A stretch of DNA of 64,000 nucleotides from Mobula hypostoma. Its lineage: Eukaryota. Position 1 is the stretch's first letter; the number at the start of each line of letters is the position of its first letter. Below, in pieces: positions 1-11,189 of this stretch. The DNA lies in assembly GCF_963921235.1 (NCBI RefSeq), contig NC_086097.1, forward strand, positions 18,788,001 through 18,852,000. The letters are read 5' to 3'. The translations under genes and the position numbers were made by a program. The notes below the pieces were generated by a model that was given only the letters and a program-made list of their open reading frames with translations, was not told where the DNA came from and made no database searches.

Positions 1-183
1 CAAACGGAGTTTCTCTTGCCTCAGACTACCTAAATCTACTTAAGGAATAGCAGCAGCAATGCTCGGAACAGCAGCTTGGCCCTGTTGGCCATAAACAGCC
101 AGAGGACCAAAGCATTTGGCATCCAGAAAATCACTGATGCTTTCGCCACCAATCACAACAACAGATGGATTGTGCTTCTCTGA
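1..183 (+). mobile_element. hAT transposase C-terminal dimerization-domain remnant (ZMYM1-like type), cut by window start
   Basis: With one frameshift reads KRSFSCLRL.KS/LRNSSSNARNSSLALLAINSQRTKAFGIQKITDAFATNHNNRWIVLL*, matching the hATC pattern ERSFS.L..K.YLR......RL..LAL..I. Confidence 0.7.
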
Positions 184-737
184 AAACATCAATGGTGAGT
201 GCAGTTGATTTTTTTATAATTTGGGCCAAGACTAATGCTGATTATTATTATTATTATTATTTTGTGGTGGATACGCCATAGTCCTTATGTTTCCTGCAAA
301 TCCTAAAATATTACATTTACTGCTATTAAGCCCGCTGGTTTTGCTTAGACTTCCAAGCAGTGATTCTGTTGATTTTTGTTTTAAATTCAGTAGTCGAATT
401 AATTGAGGTATTGCATGGTCAGAGTATGATTTGTCCAACTCCTGGTAAAGCCTTGCATCTGTCGTTTGCCTTATTTCACTTTAATAACGGTGTATCTTTT
501 GGCATTGTCTGTCTATGTAATGCAAATAGCAGTGGACATTGTGGGTTAGTGCTGTGTTTTTCAGTTGAAAAGTACGCATTTGACGCTGATTGCAGGATTT
601 GTGCGTGAATCACGTTGTGCGCTGTGGTTCGGATGCTCTGTTGGTTTGTTTGTTTATGCTCTGTGTAGCCCGAATTGCCTCCGATGCTGTTGACACTGTC
701 ACAGTTCACTTCTATATTATATCTATAAATTGCTGTT

Positions 738-2530
738 ATAGACAATAGACAATAGACAATAGGTGCAGGAGTAGGCCATTCACTGTGATCATGGCTGATC
801 ATCCATTATCAGTATCCAGTTCCTGCCATATCCCCATAACCTTTGATTCCGCTATCTTTAAGAGCTCTATCCATCTCTTTTTTAAAAGCATCCAGAGACT
901 TGGCCTCCACAGCCTTCTGGGGCAGAGCATTCCATATATCCACCACTCTCTGAGTGAAAAAGTTTTTTCCTCAGGTCCGTTCTAAATGGCCTACCCGTAA
1001 TTCTTAAACTGTGGCCTCTGATTCTGGACTCACCCATCAGCGGGAACATACTTCCTGCCTGCAGCGTGTTCAATCCCTTAATAATCTTATATGTTTCAAT
1101 AAGATCCCCTCTCAGCCTTCTAAATTCCAGAGTACACAAGCCCAGTCGCTCCAATCTTTTGACATATGACAGTCCCGCCATCCCGGGAATTAACCTTGTG
1201 AACCTACACTGCACTCCCTCAATAGCAAGAATGTCCTTCCTAAAATTTGAAGACCAAAACTGCACACAGTACTCCAGGTGTGGTCTCACCAGGGCCCTGT
1301 ACAGCTGCAGAAGGACCTCTTTGCTCTTATACTCAATCCCCTTGTTATGAAGGCCAGCATGCCGTTAGCTTTCTTCACTGCCTGCTGTACTTGCATGCTT
1401 GCTTTCAGTGACTGATGTACAAGAACACCTAGATCTCGTTGTGCTTCCCCTTTACCTAACTTGACTCTATTTAGATAATAATCTGCCTTCCCGTTCTTAC
1501 CAACAAAGTGGATAACCTCACATTTATCCACATTAAACTGCATCTGCCATGCATCTGCCCAATCACCCAGCCCGTCCAAGTCACCCTGCATTCTCGTAAC
1601 ATCCTCCTCACATTTCACACTGCCACCCAGCTTTGTGTCATCGGCAAATTTGCTAATGTTACTTTTAATTCCCTCATCTAAATCATTATACATATTGTAA
1701 ACAGCTGCGGTCCCAGCATTGAACCCTGCGGAACCCCACTGGTCACCACCTGCCATTCTGAAAGGGACCCGTTAATCGCTACTCTTTGTTTTCTGTCAGC
1801 CAGCCAATTTTCAATCCATGTCAGTACTCTACCCCCAATACCATGTGCCCTAATTTTGCCCACTAATCTCCTATGTGGGACTTCATCAAAGGCTTTCTGA
1901 AAGTCCAGGTACACTACATCCACTGGCTCTCCCTTGTCCATTTTCATAGTTACATCCTCAAAAAATTCCAGAAGATTAGTCAAGCATGATTTCTCCTTCA
2001 TAAATCCATGCTGACTCGGACCAATCCTGTTACTACTATCCAGGTGTGTCGTAATTTCATCTTTTATAATTGACTCGAGCATCTTTCCCACCACCGACGT
2101 CAGGCTAACCAATCTATAATTCCCTGTTTTCTCTCTTCCTCCCTTCTTGAAGAGAGGGACAACATTAGCCACCCTCCAATCCACAGGAACTGATCCTGAA
2201 TCTATAGAACATTGGAAAATGATTACCAATGCGTGCATGATTTCTAAAGCCACCTCCTTAAGTACTCTGGGATGCAGACCATCAGGTCCCGGGGACTTAT
2301 CAGCCTTCAGACCCAACAGCCTATCCAACACCATTTCCTGCCTAATATAAATTTCCTTCAATTCATCCATTACCCTAGGTCCTTTGGCCACTCTTACATC
2401 TGGGAGATTGTCTGTGTCTTCTCTAGTGAAGACAGACCCGAAGTACCTGTTCAACTCGTCTGCCATTTCCTTGTTCCCCATAATAAATTCACCCGCTTCT
2501 GTCTTCAAGGGCCCAATTTTGGTCTTAACT
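738..2530 (-). mobile_element. CR1 LINE, 5'-truncated; ORF2 RT with frameshifts plus 3' UTR and (CTATTGT)n tail
   Basis: ORFs 1678-2568, 1286-1756, 882-1289 carry KSPGPDG, YLDFQKAFD, SGVPQGS, KFADDTK, RPHLEYCVQFW; tandem tail at 740-762. Confidence 0.95.
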
Positions 2531-2709
2531 GTTGCTTGTGAATCAACAGAGGCATTTATAGTAGACACATAATGCTTGAAACTGACTTTTGAATGCCACG
2601 CGTCTGGCCTTGAGAATACATATTACCATACAGTACATCCCTCAACTCCATCACTGAACAATTCAGCCCCACTGTAGCACCAGGAGGAAAAACATTTCCT
2701 CCGCCACTG

Positions 2710-3100
2710 ACCACACTCTGGCTAAAGAAATTCCTCCTCATCTCCGTTCTAAAAGGGCACCCTTCTATTCTGAGGCTGTGTCCTCTGCTCTTAGATGCCC
2801 CTACCATATGAAACATCCTCTCCACATTCATCCTATCAAGGCCTTTGGACATTCAATAAGGCTCAATGAGATCACCCCTCATTCATCTGAATTCCAGTGA
2901 GTACAGGTCCAAAGTCATTAAACACTGCTCATACAACAAGCTTTTCAATCCCGGAATCATTTTCCTGAACTACCTTTGAACCCTCTTCAATGTCAGCATG
3001 TCCTTCCTTAGATAAGGGGCCCAAAACTGCCCATAATGCTCCAAGTGACGACTCATCAGTGTTCTATAAAGCTTTAACATTACATCCTTGTTTTCATACT
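2710..3100 (-). mobile_element. CR1 LINE 3' ORF2 fragment
   Basis: RGHSLRIEGCPFRTEMRRNFFSQ motif; similar to 940-1330. Confidence 0.85.
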
Positions 3101-3164
3101 CTTGCATTTCTGATGTCATCTTCTTAATTCTGTCCAGCACTCTTTCAAGTGTCTACCTTACTTC

Positions 3165-4353
3165 TACAGCTCTGCCTTTAATACCATCATTCCAAATAAA
3201 CTGATTCCTAAGTTCCAGAACCTGGGCCTTAGCACTCAGATCTGCAGCTGGATCTTCAACTTCCTCACAGACAGGACCCAGGCTGTAAAAATAGGGGACA
3301 AGCTCTCCTCTACAATCACTCTGAGCACCGGTGCCCCACAAGGCTGTGTACTCAGCCCCCTGCTGTACTCACTGTACACCCATGATTGTGTAGCCAAGTT
3401 TCCATCAAATTCAATATATAAGTTTGCTGATGACACAACGATTGTAGGCCGTATCTCGGGTAATGATGAGTTTGAGTACAGAGAGGAAATTAAGAAACTG
3501 GTGGCATGGTGCGAAGACAATAACCTATCCCTCAACGTCAGCAAGATGAAGGAATTGGTTGTTGACTTCAGAAGGAGTAGCGCATGGCCCAATTTACATC
3601 GATGGTGCGTAAGTGGAACAGGTCAAAAGCATTAAGTTCCTCGGGGTCAATATCACAAATGACCTGACTTGGTCCAACCAAGCAGAGTTCACTGCCAAGA
3701 AGGCCCACCAGTGCCTTTACTTCCTGAGAAAACAAAAGAAATCTGGCCTGTCCCCTAAAACCCTCACTAATTTTTATAGATGCACCGTAGAAAGCATTCT
3801 TCTAGGGTGCATCACAACCTGGTATGGAAGTTGTCCTGTTCAAGACCAAAAGAAGCTGCAGAAGATCATGAACACGGCGCAGCACATCACACAAACCAAT
3901 CTTCCGTCTGTGTACTCACTTTACACCGCACGCAGTCGGAGCAGTGCTGCCAGGATAATCAAGGACACGACCCACCCAGCCAACACACTTTTCGTCCCTC
4001 TTCCCTCCGGGAGAAGGCTCAGGAGCTTGAAGACTCGCACAGCCAGATTTGGGAACAGCTTCTTTCCAACTGTGATAAGACTGCTGAATGGATCCTGACC
4101 CGGATCTGGGCCGTACCCTCCAAATATGCAGACCTGCCTCTCAGTTTTTTTGAACTACCTTACTTCCCATTTTTCTATTTTCTATTTATGATTTATAATT
4201 TAAAATTTTAATATTTACTAATTTTAACTATTTTTAATATTTAAAATTTGTAATCCAGGGAGTGTGAAACGCAGAATCAAATATTGCTGTGATGATTGTA
4301 CGTTCTAGTACCAATTGTTTGGTGACAATGAAGTATGAAGTATAAAGTATGAA
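3165..4353 (+). mobile_element. Rex1/Babar-type LINE, 5'-truncated (RT plus C-terminal region and 3' UTR)
   Basis: Reads [42 protein letters not shown] 3613-4098 KFLGVNIT..FYRCTVESIL..RFGNSFFPTVIRLLN; (AAGTAT)-type tail near 4330-4353. Confidence 0.9.
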
Positions 4354-4782
4354 AGAATTAATAGCAAACAGTCTGCAATACACTAAAAGTGGCCTAATAG
4401 AGGTTCAAAACAGTTTTAGCATAAATTCTGTACAATTCTATCCCTCTAGAAATAAACCACCATGATTGGTGCATTTGTAGTCCAACATCCCTTTCTTTCT
4501 TTATCCCATCTAAAATCTCACCTTCCAGGTAATAAATGATCTTCCTAGCCCTGCTACAAATATGTGCTGCAATTACCTACATCAAAGGTTCCCCAGATTG
4601 GAAACTCCTGACCTATGTGAATCTGCTGTCAATTATTTGCCAATTCTATTAGCCTCTTAACACTCTCTTGAAGCTTGTTGCCATTCCATCCTCATATATT
4701 GTACTCATCTACAGATATAGAAACTGTGGGTTTTGTTTGCAAAGTCACCTGTAATCCTTGTGGAACATAGCCATCTACATTC

Positions 4783-5605
4783 CTTCCGGTTTAAGATGGC
4801 GCCGGGGATCCTCAGTGAGTCCTGGCTGGTGGCTAATGAAAGAAGGAAAACGAATATATACTTTGTTAATCAAACTTTTTCTGGCTAATGATCATCACAA
4901 GAAATAGTCTTTTATCTCCCTTTGCACGTGAAGTTAATTTGATGTGGCAGAACTGAGGCAAGGCGAGGTGACTGGTCCATCACTGAGAGCAAGCAAGACC
5001 CCAGATTCAATCAATTTATACACCATGCCAAAGGCCAAATCAAGTCAGCGAGGTCCAGCTACTGGATCATATTGAAGCGACAGAACTCAATGTTTAGACA
5101 GAGGCTTAAGTGCAGGACCAAATCGGAAAGGTTGAGAACAAGCTGAATTGAGTCAGCAGGGTCCAGGCACCAGAGCTGATCGGGAAGACTAAATCCGATC
5201 TTCGGACGGAAATTTAAGTGCAGGGCTGAGTCGGTTAGGTTGGGTACAGGCGGGGTGTCCTGGCCCCAGAGCATATCCAGGCAATTGAACCCGATGTTTG
5301 AACGTCGATTCAGGTGCAGGGCCAGATTGAAAAGGTCAAAGTGTGAGGCCCCAAGATGAGGGTCATGCTGCTTCTGATCGTGGTTTTGCACAGAACTATG
5401 CTGAGCTATGGACTATGTTTGTGGACTTCTGTTCAGAACTCTGCTTGCTTTCACTTATCGTGTGCATGACTTTTTTTCTCTCTGCACATTGGCTTTATAG
5501 TTTTTTTTGTTCTGTGGCTGTCTGTAAGGAGACGAATCTCAAGGTTGTACAATGTATACATACTTAGATGATAAATGTACAAACAGGTCCTTTGAGCTTC
5601 GAACT
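4783..5605 (+). mobile_element. Non-coding composite retroposon (5' CTTCCGGTTTAAGATGGCG, degenerate ~100-bp internal repeats, Rex1-like 3' end)
   Basis: 3' end 5500-5580 aligns with the reverse complement of 30721-30810 and with the Rex1 3' UTR at 45915-45985; 5' end resembles the reverse complement of 32201-32218. Confidence 0.6.
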
Positions 5606-6264
5606 ATTTATTTCTCTGCAAACAGCAATTCTTTACCTCCCCTCCCTGCTTTGTCCTGAAGATAGCTAGCAAACTTGTATCTTTTGACTGTATTCTCTGA
5701 CCTTATTAATTAGCCCATTGTGGAGAATCTTCCACATGACTTTCAGAATTTAACCAGGGATATTATTCCCTTTTGGAATCCTACAGTATGATAACTACTT
5801 ACCAACATATCTTATTCATTAACATACTTCTAGCTTATAGCTGTTCTTCTATTCCATTATTTAAAATATTTCATTTTTTATTTTCTACTGACAGTATTAA
5901 GTGACTGCACTTTAATTTCCTGGACATATTCCATACCTCTTCTTAAGTAGAGGTGTATTGTTAATCATCTGTCAGTTCTCTGGTGCAACTCCATCTTGCA
6001 GTGAATCAATAAATATGTAGAGTACAGCCTCTGCTGCTGCTCGGCTAGACAGAGTGACAGTAGCCTCTTGCACTCTTCCCTCCTCCTCCTGCCTATCACC
6101 ACTCCTCACCTGGAGCTCTACCCCGTCCCATCAACACTTTATATTGCCTATCTCCCCTCTATCTTTCAGTCCCTGGAATGCTGGTCCATTTCCTCCTCAG
6201 ATGGTGCCTGACCCATTGAGTTCACACTGCATCTTACTTGTTGCTTTAATCCTCTGAGTTTAGA

Positions 6265-7490
6265 GCCATAGAATCATAGAAAACTACATCTTACAACAGG
6301 CTCTTCGGCGTATCTGGTCTGTGCCCAACCATTTAAACTGCCTGGTCACAGCGACCTGCACCTGAATCATAGCCATCCATACCTCTGTGATTCCTGTACC
6401 TATCCGAACTTCTCTTAAACGATGAAATCCAACTCGCATGCACCACTTGCGCAGGCAGCTCGTTCCACAGTCTCACAACCCTCTGAGTAAAGAAGTTTCC
6501 CGTCATGTTCCCCTTATATTTTTCACCATTCACCCTTAACACGTGACCTCTGGTTGTAGTTCCATCAAACTTCAATGGAAAAAGCTTGCTTGCATTTACA
6601 CTACCTATACCCCTCATAATTTCTTATACCTCTGTTAAAACTCTCCTTTTTCGTCAACGCTTCTATTCAATCTTTCCTTATAACTCAGGTCCTCCAGACC
6701 CGGCAAAATCCTTGTAAATTTTCTCTTTCAACCTTCAAATAAACTCTTCTCAGGCTTGCAGCCGGTTACAGGTACTAGTTATAACTGACGTTTCGATGAT
6801 AAATCCCATGTGGGACCTTGTCAAATCCCTTGCTAACATCCACGTAGCAACGTCCACTGCCTTGCCTTCATCAACTTTCCTGGTAACTTCTTCAAAAAAC
6901 TCTATAAGTTTGGTTACATATGACCCATCTGACACAAAGCCAAGCTGACTATCCCTAATCAATCCATGTCTATCCAAATACTCACTTACTTTCCAATAAC
7001 TTTCCCACTATTGACGTCAGGCTCACCAGCCTATAATTTCCTGGTTTATTTTTAGAACCATTCTTAAACAGTGGATCAACATTGGCTACCCTTCAATCTT
7101 CTAGTACCTCCCGTGTCGCTAAGGATGATTTAAATATCTCTTCCAGTGCTCCTGAAATTTCTGTACTTGCCTTCCACAGGGTCCAATGGAACAATATGTC
7201 AGAATCTGAGGATTTGTCCACCCTAATTTGAGACAGCAAACACCTCCTCTACTGTAATCTGCACAGGGTCTGTAACCTCACTGTTGCTTTGTGTCACTTC
7301 TATGGACTCTGTGTCCGTCTCCCTAGTAAATACAGATTGAGAATATCCTTTTAAGATCTCCTTCATCTCTTTTGGCTCCATGCGTAGATTATCATTCTTA
7401 TGTTCCAGAGGACAAATTTTGTCCCTTGCAATCCTTTTGCTCTTAACATATCTGTAGAATTCCTTAGGATTCTCCATCAAGTTGTCTGCT
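6265..7490 (-). mobile_element. CR1 LINE fragments (internally deleted; 6737-6802 is a short PLE pLTR-like piece)
   Basis: ORFs ENPKEFYRYVKSKR, LIEFFEEVTRKVDEGKAVDV, TRGHVLRV..FFTQRVVRLWNELP; CATAGAA tail near 6268. Confidence 0.85.
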
Positions 7491-8074
7491 GAGTGAATAT
7501 TACAGATTGATAACCTACAGCAGAAATGGCCTGATGTGAACAGGAGAGATTGTTGAATTCAGGACAGAGTTGGGTGGATACAGGGATAGGAAAAGTTCAG
7601 TAGGATATGGGCTACCCATGGGTAAGCGGGACTAGCCTGGTCAGGGATTTGTTTGGCATGCACTGCTTGAACCGAAGGGGCTGTTTTTGTGCTGTAGTTT
7701 TCTATGGCCCTCTGAATTCTGAAGGCTGTATGGTACCGTGATGGTGGACGAGATGCTGTTCCTCAGGCTTACTTTGGACATTTTTGGAAAAATACATGGG
7801 AACTAAACAGAAAGGTCAGAGTGGGGGTGTGATGGAGGATTAATTTAAAGGTATCTGCACTGAATCTGGCTCTGCTCAGATCAGTATTCACAAGGAGCAG
7901 ACAGACACACTGATCCAGCGCTCCTCTAACTGCATTATACAACACTGACTGAGTAACGAGTCCCTAAGCTCCTAAAACGAGCGAGGAGGAGGCATACAGA
8001 AGTGAGATAGATCAGCTGGCTGAGTGGTGCAGCAGCAACAAACCTGCACTTAACATCAGTATTGATTGTAGAAT

Positions 8075-8550
8075 TCTTAACAATATGGAGGAACAGATGG
8101 ATCTTGGGGTCCATGTTCGTTGATCCCTCTAAGATGTAAATTGATAGGGTAACTAAGAAGGTGATAATGTGTGCTGGCCTCCTTTAGTCTGGGATTGAGT
8201 TCTAGACCTGTGAAGCTGGACAACCAGCACCTTTATCCCAGGGCATCAGTGGCTAGGATGACGGGACATACCTTTAAGATGATTGGGTGAAAATATAAGG
8301 AAGAATGGCAAAGGTAGATTTATTTTATACAAAGAATGGTAAGTGCATGGAACACAGCGCTGGGAGTGGTGTTAGAGGCATCTACGTTAAGGACATTTAA
8401 GAGACTCTCATATAGGCAAATAAATGAAAGAATAATGGAGAACTACATAAATGTGGGATGGAAGGGTTAGATTGATCTTGGAGTGAGCTAAAAGGTCAGC
8501 ACACCATGATGGACCAAAGGGACTGTACAGTGTTGCACTGTTCTATATGT
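8075..8550 (+). mobile_element. Degenerate CR1 3' end
   Basis: Matches the CR1 3' UTR seen elsewhere (GAAGGGTTAGATTGATCTTGGAGT..CTGTTCTAT). Confidence 0.75.
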
Positions 8551-8689
8551 TTTACAAATGCAGAAACTCATGAGTCATAGGTTTCCGAGACTGAATCTTC
8601 TACTGCTGAGCAGTTGTTCACAACAATGCATGCTGAGATGAGAAATGAGCAAGGAAGACTTTTTTTTAAAAGAAGCTACCAATAGAATC

Positions 8690-10060
8690 AGGGCAGCAGC
8701 CAAGATTTTGAAGGCAGGGTTTCGCGACAGTTTTTTTGATTTGAGGAGCAGCCAATTAGCAAATGGCAAAGCGTAAAAATAGCCACCTTTCTGTCAGGTC
8801 CGCGTTCAAGATTTAAAAAACCGAGCTTCGAGCCAGTTTCCTCTGAGTTGGACAGTCCACACCAGGTGTCCATGAAAAGCACTACATTTAATGAGGGCAG
8901 CAATCAAGGTGTTGAAGGCAGAGTTTTGTTGTAGTTTTTCTGATTTGAGGAGTGACCGATCTGCAAGAGGGATTCATTGGAAAGGGTCAATAAGAATAAC
9001 TCCAGTGCAAGTGGAGCAGCCATTTTTTGAGTGGCTATTCTTGTGAGTCTTTCAGTCTTTAGAGTGGCTTTGGCTCATCCAGTTTAGGCAATATCAGGCT
9101 TGGGTGAGGAAGACTCTCTTGTAAATTACTCCTTTTGTGTTCTCATTTGTTCATTCCTCATCTATTACTGCACAGTATAGTGAGAATGGCCCCAGGAGCA
9201 GTGTTTTGCACTATGTGTGCGATGTGCTAAATCTGGGAGACGTCCAGTCTCCTGGATAAACACATTTGCATCAGGTGCACTGAGCTAGAGCTCCTGAGAG
9301 AAGCTATTAAGGAACTGATCCTGCAGCTCGATAATCTTCGATTCATACGGGAGATTGAGGAGGTGATAGACAGGAGCTACAGGGAGGTAGTCAGCCCTAG
9401 CTTGCAGGAGTCAGGTAAAAGGCTGACTGTGAGGAGAAAGAGGGGAAATGCACAGTCACTGCAGAGTACACCTTTGGCCGTTCTCCTCAATAAGAAACCT
9501 ATAACTTCAGATACAATTCAGGGGGATGATCTACCGGGGGGAGCCACAGTGACCGGGTCTCTGGCACTGAGTCTGCTGCTGCGGCTTAGAGGAGCAGGGA
9601 GGTGAAGAGGACTGCAGTGTTGATAGGAGATTCCGTAGACAGAGGAACGTGAACGAGGCAATGCAGGTGTGATAGAGACACCCAGATGGTATGTTGACTC
9701 CCTGGTGTCAGGATCATGGATGTCTTGAGTCGTCAAGGTGAGGGTGAGCAGCCAGAAATCTTGTTACATATTGGCACCAACGACATAGTTGGACAAGGTG
9801 AGGAGATCCTGAAGAGAGATTTTAGGGAGCTATATAGAAAGCTGAGAAACAGGATATCCAGGTTAGTAATCTTTTGATTACTGCCTATGTCATGTGCCAA
9901 TGAGGGGAAGGATAGGATAACTTGGCAGGTGAATGCGTGGCTGAGGAACTGGTACAGGGAGCAGGGGTTCACATTTATGGATCATTGGGATCTCTTCTAG
10001 AGAAGGTATGACCTGTACAAAAGGGACAGATTACACCTGAACTCGAGGGGGTCCAATACC
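8690..10060 (+). mobile_element. CR1-A 5' part: 5' UTR plus decayed ORF1 (zinc finger/leucine zipper and SGNH esterase); continues at 22244
   Basis: ATG near 9187 CTMCAM..HICIRC..LELLREAIKEL; IGDS, HIGTND, LHLNSRGSN motifs; breaks at ATACC 10056-10060. Confidence 0.85.
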
Positions 10061-10868
10061 ATAAGACCATAAGACATACAGTAGGAGCAGAATTGGGCCA
10101 ATTGGCTCATCGACTCTGCTTTGCCATTCAACCATGGCTGATTTTTTATTCTCTTCCTCAACCCCAACCCCATTTCCCGGTCTTCTGCCAGTGACCTTTG
10201 ATGCCATGTCCAATCAAGAATCTATCAATCTCTATCTTAAATACACCCAATGGCCTGGCCTCCGCAGCTGCATGTGGTAACAAATTCCACAAATTCATCA
10301 CCCTCTGCTAGAGAAATTTCTCCGCATCACTGTTTTGAATGGACACCCCTCTATCCTGAGGCTGTGACCTCTTGTCCTAGACTCCCCCACCAAAGCAAAC
10401 ATCCTTTCCACATCTACTCTGTCTCAGCCTTTCAACAATCAAAAGATTTCAATGAGATCCCCTCTCATCCTTCTGAATTCCAGCGAGTACAGACCCAGAG
10501 CCATCAAACGTTCCTCATATGATAACCCTTTCATTCTTGGAATCATCCTCGTGAACCTCCTCTGGACCCTCTCCAATGATAGCACATCTTTTCCAAGGTG
10601 AGGAGCCTAGAACTGTTCACAATACTCAAGGTGAGGCCTCACCAGTCCTTTATAAATCCTAAGCATCACATCCTTGCTCTTGTATTCTAGACCTCTTGAA
10701 ATGAATGCTAATATTGCACTTGCCTTCCACACCACTGACTCAACCTGCATGTTAACCTTCAGGGTGTTCTGCACAGGGACTCCAAGTCCCTTTGCATCTC
10801 AGATTTTTGGATTTTATCCCTGTTTAGAAAGTAGTCCACACATTATTTCTACTACGAAAGTGCATGAC
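10061..10868 (-). mobile_element. CR1-B 3' part (tail, 3' UTR, ORF2 end)
   Basis: (CCATAAGA)n tail at 10059-10076; CR1 C-terminal sequence; resumes at 16674. Confidence 0.9.
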
Positions 10869-11078
10869 TGTGACAAAGGCCCGTCACTGATTACAGACAG
10901 CATATGGCACACTCGGTAAAACACTCGTCCCCAGCAGTAATAGTGACTGGGTCTGAACCAGAGCTGTATCTGTCTGTATCTTGTTTTACGGCGGTCGGCA
11001 TCCAGCTTAATGGTGCATTACCGCCACCCTCTGCTCCAGAATGTGCACTAGACATACATTCTAAATCCCTTCACCCAA

Positions 11079-11079
<1 letters not shown>

Positions 11080-11130
<51 letters not shown>
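11080..11130. repeat. (CA)n microsatellite inside the Nimb 3' UTR
   Basis: About 25 perfect CA units. Confidence 0.98.
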
Positions 11131-11133
<3 letters not shown>

Positions 11134-11189
11134 CACTTTACCCTCCCATCTTTGACCATCCTAGTACCCTATTCCTGTTTAATCCGTCA

